Shown here: positions 37,995 through 52,900 of the stretch, piece after piece | How the letters are laid out: each line of letters opens with the position of its first letter | Position numbering within the stretch: the first letter of the stretch is position 1 | NCBI GenBank assembly: GCA_977016875.1 | Contig: CDRNST010000122.1 | Span: 868,001-932,000, forward strand | Reading direction: 5' to 3' | From: Pavona decussata | Taxonomy: Eukaryota | Length of the DNA stretch: 64,000 nucleotides | The notes under the pieces: model-generated | Databases searched by the model: none | The model's input: the letters and a program-made list of their open reading frames with translations, nothing else | What the model was told of the DNA's origin: nothing | Program-made: the position numbers and the translations under genes

Positions 37995-40900
37995 ATGGCG
38001 GCCTGCGGGTCATCAAAAAAGTCGAGAAGGCAGCCAGAAATTTGTGTTAAAGAGGAGTTTAAGATTGCTGTTAAAATCGCCCTTGATAGATTCCGCTTTG
38101 AAGAAAAGCAGAAAGGTAAAACTGTCGAGCTTTACGCCATTATTAAGTGTTATTAATGCATTTTGCACGCTCATTGAAAAGAACAAAACAATCAAGCACA
38201 GCTCAATAGCATCTGTTGTTAAAAGAATTTAGCGAGAACAGGCAATCTGTGAATGGGATAGGGTTTAGCAAGGATTAGATATTAAAAAGACTTTTTGCAT
38301 GGTTCCCAGCATAAATATTCATGAGATCACCTCATTGAATATAGTTTTGATGGTGGATAATTTTGTAAGATTTTATGTAGAATTCGAAACTTATAAGAGA
38401 CTGGGGATTTATCCTATCAATGGTTGTGGTCACACTACAGGGTTAAATCGTGATTAAGGCATTCTAAATCACACTTTAGCTAAAGTTTGTGTGCCTCCAC
38501 CAAAAAAGTTGATTTCAAGATCAAGCCAGACGGCAATGTAATTGAGACCAAATGTGGCAGATTTCAGAGCTAAAGCACGATCTAAAGCATGTGAAAAGTG
38601 AACTTTTTCTCAAGCTCTATCTAAAGCTTGTTCAACGAGCCAATGATCATTTACGAGCTTTAAAATCACTGCTGTCTGGTCATTTTTGGTACTGAGTAAG
38701 TGCTCTTGTTACAAGCAAAAGAAAATGTCTGATGATGCCATTGTCCCTTTTTTTTTTCGAATTGATGATTCTCAGCCTCAGAGGAGGTAAGCAAATAAAT
38801 TTGAAACATGTCCACTTCAATTTAAGAACAAAAATTGATCCTTGAACGATCATCAAATACTTTACATGTCTCAAACCAGCGCTGGGATATGGAAAAAACC
38901 ACCCTCCGATGATTTTCAAATAAATATGCAAACATGGAGTGTGTTAGCCAACAATGTTGGCTCAGCAGCAACATTCAAACTTTTCTGAGCCAATAGAATA
39001 GGTTAAATGCAACCCTAGATATGAAAAAAAAGCCACCCTCCAATAATTTTGCAATAAATATGCAAACATGGAGTGTGTTAGCCTACGATGTTGGCGCAGC
39101 AGCAATGTTCAAAGCCTTCTGAGCCAATAGAATAGGTAAAATGCAGCCAAGTTGAGACTATAACTTTTTTCACAGCTGTTAACTATGAAGGCTTGGCAGC
39201 TTGTTGCTTGCTATGACAGCTTTGACATGGGGTAAATCATGGTTCAAAATAACCTGTGCCACACATGTGAAAAATTTTTTTATACAAGATTTATTTTCAT
39301 GAAGCCCTAAAAGGAGCAGGGAGAGAACAGGGCATGAATTTCCCACTTCCTATTACTTTGAAATTTGAGACTCCCTTTTTCCTTGGAATTTGCAGTGACA
39401 TTTCTTGGGTGTTGTGGAGATTTTCTGGAGCTTGCACAAATAAGTAGAAACATTTTAATTTCCCAGTGTAATTAATTCATTTTCTCCACCTTAGTGTTAG
39501 AGTTTCCATCATCATTCACATCAGTGGAGAGAGCTTATGTACACAGATTTTGTCAGAATCTGGGACTAAACTCTAAGAGCAAGGGGTAAGCTGAACATGT
39601 ATTATTCATCAACTGTTAACATTGCTTTGAATTCTGTAGTTGTGAAGGAAGTCGCTAGTTGTTCATTCCATTGTTTTTTCTTCCAGGAAAGGAAGCAGTA
39701 GATATCTCACAGTTTCCAAAAAAGATGTGACTACTGGAACTTATAAAAGCATTTTGAAGCTCTCTGGCAATGCTTCTCAACACATTGAACATCTCTCAAA
39801 AAAATTTCCCTTAATCATTAAGGAAAGACAAGAATTACAACCCAAAACTGAAAGATCTACAGTAACTTTTGATACAGGTTAGTAATTCTGTGACAAACAG
39901 TTGTTGGTGATCCTGTGTAATGATTTTTTTTCGCAGGAGCAGGCAAGTAACCACTTTCGACTTTGCTGCAATTTTTTGACTCAGGGTTTCTGGCATAATG
40001 TCTCATTACCCCAAATTCCCTGAGTCATAAGTAATGTTTTCTCACATTCACCCAAAAGTCTCTTTTGCCAAGCTTTCTTCGCATGCTGTCGAATTTGCCT
40101 TAATTTTAGAAAGATTTTGAAAAAAATAATTATTACATAACTTGAAGCGATTGGCACATCATGTGATGGCCTCTTGAAAAGCAAGTTTTGTAATGATTTA
40201 GAAGCTACATAGTCATGCACAAAAATGCTATTTCCTACGTGCTTTATACTCTTACAAGGCATGCTTATTTTCAATGGACAACATATATGTATCCATGGGA
40301 GTGGTAGCTATCCTGGATGATACTGCCTCATTTATTACCAAGCAATTCTTAACTGTAATGATTCGCTGATTTGTGTTTACATGTTTTTTGAGGACTATAT
40401 AAATACATCGATATTGTGCTCGCATGTCCTTGAGTTAATTTGTTTTTTTCACTTTTCTAGGTCGTGGTGCAAGGGAAAATAAGGTTGTTGGCAAACTAAA
40501 TAATAATACTCCTGCTGTCCCACCTCCTGTAAAAGAAAATGAGTTTTTGTCATTTCGCAAGTCTCTACCAATTTATGAACTACGGGAGCAGATTTTAAAA
40601 CTTATTTCAGAGAATCAGGTAACAGGTTTCTGTCCTAGTGGATGATATTATACTGTGTTAAAGTGACCCAATGTATCTGATACATGTGTTACAAATTTCG
40701 TAGGATACTGGTAAATTTCATGTACAGTACAGACCAATGTCACCTTGTTTTGGCACATTATAAAATTATTATCTAACAAAAGCACTTCTTTGAAATGACA
40801 CCTACCACCACCTATACTTGGCACTCTCAATGAACACCATTGTGCACACAATATACTGACATTTATTTTGTAATTATTGTTTTGTCCATTTCATCTGAGC

Positions 40901-43900
40901 AGATTGTTCTTATATCTGGGGAGACAGGATCTGGAAAAACAACACAGGTAAATTATTTAATGAAACAAAGTGAGTAGAGATCTATGTACGTGTAATGTAT
41001 GGCTGGAGAAAATCCCAAAACCAAACAACAAATGAACCATTTCAAAGCCAAACACTGTAGAGGGTCACAGTTAAGCCTTACTGGTCCACATGGCTGTAGC
41101 TTAACCCTGTTTCGATAGCATGAAGCATGAAGCAGCTAGAAGTATTACGTAACTACTCCCCCCTGGATGGGATACTAGTCACCCAGGGTTACCCCCACCA
41201 GTATGTTGCCAGTATCTATTTATATGTCTGGGTGAAGAGAGACCATGTGCAGTAAAGTTTCTTGTCTAAGGAAACAACACAGCAATGCAGAGATCACCTC
41301 AAACCGCTGCACAAGAAAGTACAGCTTTATTTTATCTTTGGGGAGGAGTGAGTTCTTAATCCTCTCTACTAGGTGTGTGGGTATCCATAGGGTAAATTTG
41401 CCTCTGGACCACAAGTCTTAGGAGTCCACCCTTGCAGATGATGAGTTCTCTTTGATTGGTAGATGTAGGTCTTAGTTTCAAAACTGTGTGGTATTGAATT
41501 TATCCATAGGTACCACAGTTCATACTAGAAGAAGCTAGTGCCCAGTCAACACCATGTCGAGTAGTTTGTACTCAACCTCGTAGGATTTCTGCTTTGTCAG
41601 TCAGTGATAGAGTAGCAACAGAGAGAGGAGAGAGGCTTGGCCAGACTGTTGGCTATCAAATAAGGCTTGATAACAGGTATCAAAAATTAATTATTAACCA
41701 CCTTTTATCATCAAATATAAAACTTTTGGTTTGTTAATAAATAAATGACTTTCGGGCTTCTATAACAAAATTGTTCCAAACTGCCTTAGTTTATTTTTTT
41801 GCCAGGTACATTGTAGAATGAATGAATGACTTTTTATGTAGTTCTCATTTAATTAACATGATCAACATTACTTTTTTATTATCCAAATAGTTAAATTAAA
41901 AGAATTACTGTTAGTTATGATCTTTTACACACCAGCCATCAGATGCTTTTGCCTATCTGGGCCATTGATGGGGACTCATGTCAGTAGTAATAATTACTAC
42001 TGACAAGAAGTAAATCGTAAAATATCATATAATTATTGTATGATATTTTACGATTTACATGTACTACAAACAGTTATATGCCCTACATTCTGCTATTAAT
42101 TAAAAGGTCTATAATAATTTATTATCAAAATCAAGTCCTATATGATGAGAAAGAGAATGCTGTTAATCTAGATATGACTTTAATGTTTAATACGAATAAA
42201 AATATTCATTACCTTGTTCTATTAGTAAAACTTGTCTTCATCTTCTTATGCAGAATATCTCCCAGAACACTGTTGACTTACTGTACAACTGGAGTGCTAT
42301 TAAGGACTCTGATGTCAGGCGACAACTCTCTGTCATTTGTCACCCACATCATAGTGGTAAGCAGTTATTTAATAAATTATAAGTTCCATTTATTAAATAA
42401 CCTTAGTCTGTCTTAGCTTTCAGTAGAAGGAATCTATACACCATGTCATGTTGCTCTTACAGTTACTTCTTTTCAATGTCACATTAACTCTGACGGTGAA
42501 AAGCCATCTATAGCTTGTGTTCTAACTATTCTGTTATTGATCACAGTAACAGTGAAAACCAACATCCCTGAAAATCAGACACTTAATTTCCCACTCCAGA
42601 GACTTTGAAAATACTGCCAACATTAAGGGACTGCGGGATTATTTGGGTAGACAGATGGGCATTGTGTCAACAAAGAAGTGCATTTTTAGCACTTTCTCAG
42701 AGTAGCATAGCTCTTGTTAAATAGGTTTCACCTGAAAGAGTTATTCCTATACAACTGACTGTCAAGAAATACACTTATTCATCAGCACAATTTTCAATGC
42801 TCTACCCAAAGGATCCCATAATCTATCACTCATACCAGTCTCCCCATAGTTTCTGGAGTGAAGAATTAGCTGACATAAATGGAAATGGATCACATGCCAC
42901 TAGTGGGTCTTTCAATGAAGTATAGGCTGGTGTTCCCTAACAGTTATCAAGGTCTCACACTGAATGGTATCCCAGTGACCCAATGTACCTAGGAGACTCT
43001 GAAAGATTTTTTAACAGACAACTTGCTTGCCCAATGTTTGGTTTCCACCTAAAAGCCTGACAGTAACATTTTCAAATGATTTCAATGTAATATGCAGGGG
43101 TATACTTTTATTAGTAGTCAAGTTTAATGCAAGTTAGTACACTTGTTTGCCGCCAGCCTTAACCAAGGGCTATCTGTGACTTGTCATGTGATATCGAGGA
43201 AATGTTACAATGAATAAAGAATAAACAGTTAAAAAATAAAATAAATAAATAAACTAGCCCCTCTAAGTAAGAAACTAGACAAAAACTTGTTAACAATTTA
43301 AGAAGGCAGTGTGCCGTAACACCATTGTAATTATTATTTTTTTAATTAATGTGACTGTATTATTTTATCTGTAGGACGAAATCCATGAGCGGGATAGGTT
43401 TTCTGATTTTCTCTTGATTGCTCTGAGGGATCTTCTCACCATTAACAGGCGCCTGAAATTGATTTTGATGAGTGCTGCTTTGGATGTCAATCTGTTTATT
43501 GAATACTTTGGAAAGTGTCCTGTGGTTCATGGTAAGCTAGGTGCACAGGATACCTATACAATAATAGAGATTGTAAAATAATATTCTTATCCTTGAGAGA
43601 AGAGAAAACCCTTTTAAAAAGTAACAAATGTTTGGTTTATCAACAGAGTTTATAACTAAAGGTAAATTGGCCACTGTAAATTTTTGAAAAAGGTTGAATA
43701 AAGAAAAGTCTAAATGAATGGGAAGGACAGGCTGCACTTTCATTTTGCGAGGAAAAGTTGTCTTTGGCTCAATTCATTCTATTATGCTCATTTGACCATA
43801 CATGTTTTGTACAGCCATTTTCTTACTTTATTGTCTGGTTATCAAAAACATATTCTAGTGGTAAAAATGATGACCACAGAAGTGGTACAAGGACCATGGT

Positions 43901-46900
43901 CCCCTCAAGGCCGGTTATGGCTGATGTAGGAGTCAATACTAGCTTAAACTTATTGATATCCAACTTTATCTCATTATGTTAAACATCTACAATGTTTCCC
44001 TAATGTTCTAAAATGAGTTGTTCCCAAATCTATTTTTCAGTTCCTGGTCGATGCTTTGAGGTAAAAGCATACTTTCTGGAAGACGTTCTTAGAATGTAAG
44101 GGCTCTACAGTGATTTTTAATACACATTTTTTAAAATTTTGTTTTATTGTTACATCTTTTTTTCCTTCCCTCTGTACTACCTTTTTAGTTTGGCCATATC
44201 ACGTGACATTGATTTTGTGTTGTCTCGCAGGACGTCATATTGTAACAAAGAGATGGCCAAGCACATGAAAGACATGACAAGAGGTAATTCTGTCTAAACC
44301 AAAGGCATCAGCTTGAATTTATTGACAGACTTTGCATATAATGTTGTGTAATATTTTGCAATGTAAAACAATATATCTACAGGTAAGGTCTGCAACATCA
44401 GTAAAAAGTCTGTATGGGTCTTCCAGTAGTCAAATTGACTACATTACTGTATTTGCTTTGCAATTATCTTAATATACCTGTACATGTTGTGGTTTAAAAT
44501 GTTCATTTGGTTTAAAAAATTTTCAACCAGTTTAATTTTTATTTTCCTTTGTGTAGCATTCATTACCGTAATCCAAAACAATTTTGCACCATAACATATG
44601 CATTTGTATGCAGATGTATTTAATCATTTTCCCTTATTCTCTGTGCATGTTAATTTTGCTTCTGCAGCACAAAACAAAAATGAAACAGAAGATACAGACA
44701 AAAGCACTTCTCTTCCCCTTCCTGTGAAGAAGGAAAAATCAACCCCTACGAAAGAAAAACTGGGTGAAGTCAAAAGTTCTGAAAAGTCTGACGAGGCTGA
44801 AAATGGAGACAATGTGATTATAGAGGAGCTTGGCTCTCCTGTTGGGGATTTGGAATCAGATGAATTGTTTGATGAAGAACTGCAACCAACAGAAGGTACA
44901 ATGTACACTGTATATTTATTAAGGTGTATAGTTATGTAATGATGATCCTTACCTTAGTTGTACAGCTTTATGCTGTAGAGTTTTTATCTTGCTGTAATAT
45001 TATTTGAAATTGATGACTGTCATAAAATATTATTACATACACTGTATTAGATCTTTCATTTAATATACATCATCATTACTATTCCCTACAGTATGCAAAA
45101 TAATATTAATTTAAGAGTTTATTATCAGTAAGTGGTGTTGTTGCCATTGATTATGATGTTGATTGATTTACTGACATCTTTTCATGGTCATAAAGATATT
45201 GAACTTGAAGATGATCCAGAGCAAAAAATAGTGGAAGATGCACAAGAAAAGGACTACCTTGACCCTGGGTTCCAAATGGATGAAGAGCTGGCTGATGGAG
45301 AAGACATTGAGCAGGATATTTTACTGGAAGGAGAGGATGAAGCAGACAATGATGCCAATGATGAGGGAGATGATGACGAGGTAGACGATGAAGATATAGA
45401 AGAGGAAGAGGAGAAGAATGATGATGGGGAAGTTAAAGAACTTGAAGAAGGAGTAGAAATTATGAAACTGGAGGAAGATATTGAGGGTGACAGTGTGCAA
45501 GCTGAGGCAACTGACAGCAATGATAAAGAAGATGAGGTATAGTTAGTAGTGTTTTGTATATTGCCTGAAATATAATGTCGATTCTGTGTTGATTATAGCG
45601 CATTAAATAGGTGTATCGGTCTGAAGTTTTGTTGATTGTAGTGCATTAAATAGGTGTGTCGAATATGCAGTTTTGATGGTTCAGTGTTGACTATATATAG
45701 TGGAATAAATAGGTGTGTGGAATGTGCAGTTTTGATGGTTCAGTGTTGATAATAGTGCATGCAAGTCTATGCAGAAGCTTCTGGTCTATGCCATATGCAG
45801 CTTTGATAGTTCTGTGAACATTGGTTATAGCGCATTAAATAGGTGTTTGGAAGATACAGTTTTGATGACCAGTTCGATGTTGATTATAGTGCATTAAATA
45901 GGTGTTTGGAATATACAGTTTTGATGGTTCGATGTCGATTATAGTGCATTAAATAGGTGTTTGGAATATACAGTTTTGATGGTTCGATGTTGATTATAGT
46001 GCATTAAATAGGTGTTTAGAATATACAGTTTTGATGGTTCGATGTTGATTTTTGTGCATTAAATAAGTGTATCTCATATAATTTATGCAGTTTTAATGTG
46101 TCTGTGTGGATTATAGTGTATTGATATTATATTGAAGTTCTAAGTGTGGTATTGACATGCAGTTTTGTCATTTCTGCGTTCACTATCTTATGATGTATGG
46201 CATATGTAGTTCTGTTGATTATAATACCTTGAATAAGTGTGTGGCATAATAATATTATACAGTTTTGTTGGTTCTGTTTCAACTATTGGACACTAAAAAA
46301 GTGATTATTCTACTAGGAAAGTGACAGTGAAGAACAATATTTGAGAGAGGAAATGGATAACAGCATTTCTGAGGCATGGTTGAATGTAAGTTCCAGCATG
46401 TTTGTGTGTTTGTCCGGCAGTCATTAGCACTGTCTAGTATGTATGCATCAACACCAGACATTTGTGACATGTTTGTAAAGCAGTAATTCCAAGATCATGT
46501 AATGTTTAAAACACAAGCAGCAGTGTGTTATCAGGATTTAAGACCACGAGGCACAGCCAAGTGGTTTTAGACCCCATAAAACATGTGCTGCAAGTTTTTT
46601 GAAAGGCTTCAAAAACATTCCTGGAGAAGCATGTGCCAAGAAAGTTCATAACAATGATGCTTTTGTGAATTGGAAATTAGCATACGAGAAAAACATTAAA
46701 CACTGCATACTAATAAGGAGGAGGTTTTATCGGGTTTTAAAACCACTGCACGTGATGTTTTATCGACCATTTGATAGGTCAATGGGCTTATGAATTATTA
46801 ATGAGTTTTTGAATTTAATTACAGTAATTTGTTCTATTTTTAGGGTGATGAGGATTCATTTGTTCAGATCCTGTACTTGATTATGCATGAAAACATCAGT

Positions 46901-49900
46901 GGTAGGTTGGCAATAATTTCTGGATCATCTTTTTCATTTCCACTTTAATTTTAGAAGTGCACGTCTAAAGAGAACATCAAGGAATCATATACTACTGGAT
47001 GACAATGATTGTCTTTATTTTCTGTTTATCACTTCAGTTGATTATCAACATTCAGAGACCCAGGCCACTGCTCTGATGGTAGCATCTGGTCGAGGCTGCA
47101 CCAGTGTTGTTGAACAACTGCTTAATTTAGGAGCCAATCCACACATCAGAGAGCCTAAGAATGGCTGGTAAGGAGAACAGTCTACTGCAGCTATGACAGT
47201 ATTGCTGGGGGTGGATTGATAGCAGTTTACATGAAGGCACAGTGGTATTAAGTAGTAGTTAGTAAGTCTGAGGGTTGGTTTAGAGTCTGTGCCATCATGT
47301 CACTGCCTTTGTCAAGAAACTTTGTTTCACATTGTTTCTTGTCACCCCAGTGTCTAAATGGACACTACCAACATACTGGGGAGTTTAAGCAGCTACTGCA
47401 GTGACGGCAACAGGAATTTCATAAGCAATAGGATTTAATGCGAAAACAACAGCTCTAGATGTGCATTAAAAAATTTTGGTACATTTCTTTGCTGTCCACG
47501 GCAATTGTCTTTTTTTTTTTCGGCAGTTATCAATAATGTGAAAATTGCCAAAATTCAAGGTCTTGTGAAGAATGCGTGCACGCAATGGTGAATTTTTTAT
47601 TCTCTGCCTTAAGTTGAACTCAGTTCTCACCTGCTCTGTTCCTGAATAGTGAGTCCACAATGTACAAGTTGAATGAATTGGAATAATCACAAAGTAGTAC
47701 AATTAACAAGTAACCTGATTTTATATTTCAAGTAATGTTTTCATTGATGCTGCTGTCATGGTTGCTTTTTAAGTCCCTACTGTTTGGAAAATCCTGTAAC
47801 AGTCTACCATCCCATCAGGGAGAAGCAGCACGTAAAACTATTTCTAATGGCTCCATGTTACAAAAAACCAAGACAAGCCCCAGTCGTGTGTGTGACATAT
47901 GGCTTTTGTGTCACTTTACCTTTACCATCAACCCAGTTTGGTTTTTATTTTCCTTTGCTTCACATTATGGTAATGGTTCAGAGACTTGGTGAAATAAATT
48001 ATCACCCTTGTTTTGAAAAACCCAAGAGCCAGTGTAAACCACAATCTGAATGTAATTAATATGTACTTCACCTTATTAGAAATCCTCATCCTTGTTTTTC
48101 AGTTGCGCCGTTCATAAGTTCAATGATGTGATCTGTATTTTGTGGATTGTAAGTTACCATTAGTAGATCTTTGTGTATTCATGTACCTGTGTAATGTCTT
48201 CACAGGACTGCAGTTGACTGGGCCAAGAAATGGGAGCACACAGATGTGGTTGAACTCCTTGAATCATCGCTGTAAGTAGAGCATGTTTTAAACATGCTGT
48301 CAGCTGCACCTTTTTGTTGGCTTAACTGTAGCATGACTGTACAGAAGCATGACTCAAAGTTATATGTTAAATTTGATTCAGTGAAATTAAATAACAGCTT
48401 TTCCAAAACAAATATCCTACTAGCATCTATAAAAATGGTGGCCCTATATTATTGCCAAGAAGGTGAGCATGGAATGTGTAAGAATAAACCCACAACAAAA
48501 TGTATTAAAGTGCATTAATTTTATAATGAAATTTGTCCAGTTTTAAAAGTTTAGCATGACAATAATACATTGTCTGAAACTGTCATAAACAGTCATGACC
48601 CTCTAGTTTTTTTTTGTCACTGAGATATGACTTACAGTGCATGGATGATAATTGTAATAAATTATTATGCAGCATCAACTTTAATAATATTTTCATACTC
48701 AGGTTATCACCAAAAGTTCCATATGTTGATGAAACAGCTTTAGAAAAGGAATCAAATGAACTAAGTGAGGAAAGCAAGGAGCTGCTGTCTATTTATCACA
48801 AGACATTTGATGATGAAAGAGTAAGAGCAAAATAAAAAGTAACTAAAGGCTAATTCCAAGTTGCTGTGAAACTCATTTTCAAAGCAAGGTTTAGTACAAA
48901 GCTTTTCACATGAAAATTAGTTTGCATATGAATGAAAACTAATTTTCATAACAAAAACTTTCAACTTAGCCTTGCTTTCATAAAATATATAAGGTTCAAA
49001 GCAACACAGAATAGCCTATTTCATACAATCATGGTACGTGTTAACATACATTTCTGGGGGTGGGGGTGGAGGTACTCAATAAAGTTTCATACGAGGAGCC
49101 TCTGCCCCGAGGTCCAAACCCTTCCCCTTTTATATACCATTATTGACAGAAAAGAAAACCCTTTCATATACTTTACATAAAAATTGGTCCCCCTTTTACT
49201 TACCTACAGTAGAAACACTGCATCTCTTTTTGTTAGGTCTGTTGGAGATATTGTGGTAGGTCCTTTTGCATGTAAATTCCTAAAATAACAGTTTTCCCTA
49301 CACTTTTCTATACTCCAGCTTGTGAAATCCCTACCCTTTCATAAACCTGCAGCCTGAGAGAGATACCTCTTTTAGGCAGAGCCTCCCCATATAGTCTGTT
49401 ATAGGGAGTATCCCTGGTCAGAGACCCCAAGTACAAGTATGTGTACATGGGAAGAATCATTAAACTTTGATAAATGGACAGATGAGTTATTTTTTGAAGG
49501 GATTGTCTGGTACTAAGAAGTTTCTATGGCAGGTTACACAAAATGTTGAAAAACAACATTGACATGAGCGGGTTTTTTTTGTTTTTTTTTTTCATTTTCA
49601 AATTCTCCTAGTGGGGGTGTTTTAACAGAAACCCAGGATTTGATTGTAATGCCATATTTTTACAAAACATGTAGACTGCCATTAAGTAAGTAACATTACA
49701 AAATCTTGTTTTATTCCTGTATGTAGGTTGATCATGAACTCATTATCAGCTTGCTGACATATATTTGTGGCACTCAACAAGAAGGTTAGTTTTCTATTGT
49801 TACACTCTTGAATAACATGAAAACTTTTACCTGGTATATGATCCAATAATTATTGGATATAACTACTGGATATACTGGATATACAATCCAATAATTATTG

Positions 49901-52900
49901 ATAAATTAAACTATTTGATATACAATCCAATAATTATTGGATAAAACTACTATCTGTAGGATGAAAGTTCTCCTTCAAATTGGTACATTCAGTTTTCAAA
50001 CTGACTGGTGTGGCTGGCCATAAAGTACATGTACCCTGTTTTATTTACAACATAAAATCATTGAATATTATTCTAAACAGGAGCTATTTTGGTGTTCCTT
50101 CCTGGCTATGATGATATCATTACGCTCCGGGATACTTTGACTGCTCACAGAGAATTTGGAAATTCAAGAAGGTACAGTAACTGTTCTAAAAAAAATTTCC
50201 CTAGTACTGTCTAGAGGTCTTTTTACAGTTAAAACTTGATCATGGGGTTCATCTGTCTGAGGTATTATTTTGTGCATCTGATTATTGATTAAAATTGGTT
50301 TATACACTTTAAACCAGTTTGATTTTTTCCTTTTTCTTCTTTTGTATGGTATGATGAAATGGCTTGAAAGTTTTTAAACAAAAGGCAATTCAAAACTACG
50401 TTAAAAAGGTTATTGCTCCCATTGAAGGCTGTTAATCACCATTGAAAATAGCGTCAATGAGGTCAAGAATTTTCAGTGGGTATGCTAATGAGGCTTCTTC
50501 TTTTTATTTCTAGGTATCAAATCTATACTCTCCATTCCTCCATGCAACCTTCAGAGCAAAGAAAGGTAGCTTATAATAATTATTAAGAAGGAGCTGAATT
50601 TTCTAATTGTCCTAAAACCTTGCTGCATCAACAGAAACCAGCAGTGATAAATTTGCAAGGTTAGGCACAAACATTGGCAGACGGTGGTAGAAATGGAGAA
50701 ATGAGCAAATTTTGGTTTTCCACTGCAGTGCTTACTGGTTGCCAACATTCATTTTCTTGCAGCAAGAGACCAGTGGTTAATCAAGACAAAGATACATGAT
50801 TGTTGTCAACTCTGTGAACTTATAGCCTAAAAATAAGAGTAAACTAATGGTTTGTTTACATGTTTGCCTTTCTCTCTTTTAGGTTTTTAGAAAGCTACAT
50901 CAAACCATGAGAAAGATAGTAAGTGTCTGTTTTGTACAGGCTATGTTCCTTGCTTTATTTAAAGCAGCATTCTTATAAAAAGTTATTATTGAAAATAAGT
51001 TATGTTGCCTGCCTATTTATAAATAACAAAGTAAAAAATGGCATTCATTTATATTCTTGAATCAAAGAACTTGTTTGAAAACTGTACTCTAACATGATGC
51101 TGATAGCGTGTTTAAAGCAGAGATTTATATATACAGTGTAACTGTAAAGCAACCCAAGTAAGACTAGACTTGTATAGTAAATGAAAGAGCTTACTGATAA
51201 GCTTAATATAGAAGTATGATTAGACTAGAGGTTATAAATCTTGATATGACAATCAACTACAGTAGTTACAAGCACCTTTAAGATTAGTTCCTTTTCTTCA
51301 CAACATGTAAATTTTAAAGAAGAGTTAATGCTTAGTTTATTTCCTCTGCACTCAGATTCTCTCCACCAACATAGCTGAAACTAGTGTAACAATTGACGAT
51401 GTCGTCTTTGTGATTGACAGTGGAAAGGTGAAAGAGGTACATGACCTGTGGCTCACAACCGATTGCTAATTGAAAATAAACATTAAGCTACATGTAGATT
51501 TGCGTTATGTGTAGCTGTTGTCAGAATATTAAAATTATATTATTTCAAGGAGTGGAAACTATTATTTGCTTGCAACATCATGCCATGTGTAATGTAAGTG
51601 GCATTTCAGCAATGCTGCTTTATGAAAAGCCCTTCCTTTATTACTTAAGTTTCTTTAACTTTTTCTTCTAAAGCTCATATTCTGCAGTGTTATTTTATAT
51701 GAATTTTCTCAGTCTTAAAAATATTCTAACTTGTGTTCAACCTTCATTTATGAGCTGCTTTTTTCAAATGTTAATTTTACAATACATACTTAACCATTAT
51801 TGCTGTCTTTGGATTTTATCCCAAGAAATCATTTGATGCCTTGACTTCAGTTTCCACATTACACCCTGTGTGGGTGTCAAAAGCCAGTGCCATTCAAAGA
51901 CAAGGAAGGTGAGTGTGGATATTGCTATCTATACATCAAGTCCTCACAATCATGTTTGTGATGCATTGCAAAGTTTTTATTTTGTTGTTGTTGTTGTAGG
52001 GCTGGTAGATGCTCCCCCGGTATTTGTTTTCGTTTATTCAGTCAAGTTCGTCATGACAACTTGTTGGAATATCAAATCCCAGAATTGTTAAGAACACCGT
52101 TACAGGTAAGAGTTTTACACAGAAATCACCTGAGTGTGTAACTCAGTCTCTATTCATTTCAATTAAAAAGCAGTCTTGTTTACTAAATAAACCCCTGATA
52201 ATTCAAATAGCTTTAGCATTCCTATTGGTCTGATACAGGGTTCAAATGCTTTATATTCTATGTGGTTTACAGGAACTCTGCCTTCATACAAAGCTCTTGG
52301 CAACACCAAACACATCAATTGCTGATTTTCTGTCTAAAGCAATTGAGCCTCCTCCATTTCTGGTGCTTAGAAATGCTGTTGCCTTGCTGAAGGTGTGTTT
52401 TATTTTAGTACTATGTGTTCTTGTTAGATTGCCTTATTTAACATCTTGTTGATAATTTGCCAGTTTGAAAACACTGCCAGTAATATTATTCAACAATGTC
52501 AGAGGTTTGTTTGTTATTGATTGACACAGTCTGACTAACTTACAGGAGTGACTGTTTGTCTGACTGACCAGCCAACTAATTAGTTGACTCTCTTTTACTG
52601 ACTCACTGACCAATCAATTGATAACTGTCCGTCTGTCTGTCTCTCTAACTTACTGACAGACCAACTGATTGATTCAGGCTGCTGACTGACTATATGACTG
52701 ACCAACCAACAGATTGTTTTACCAATACTCACTGATTGACTGACTCACTGACTCTCTGACTGACTCGCAGGCTGACCAACCAATACTGTACTGACTGATT
52801 GAATGATGGATTGATTCACTGACTGAATTACAGAATGATCAAGTGGTCATGCCATTCAATTTCGTCCACCATGTGTTCAAGGGCTCTTTTAATTTTCTGG

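Noticed and set aside
44624-45520. Ser-rich minus-strand ORFs (also 56675-56995 and 62617-63295)
   Set aside because: They are antisense shadows of YTHDC2 coding exons.
45575-46270. CRISPR-like appearance of the regularly spaced repeat
   Set aside because: The whole 55-bp unit repeats with no unique spacers. The context is a eukaryotic intron with no cas genes.
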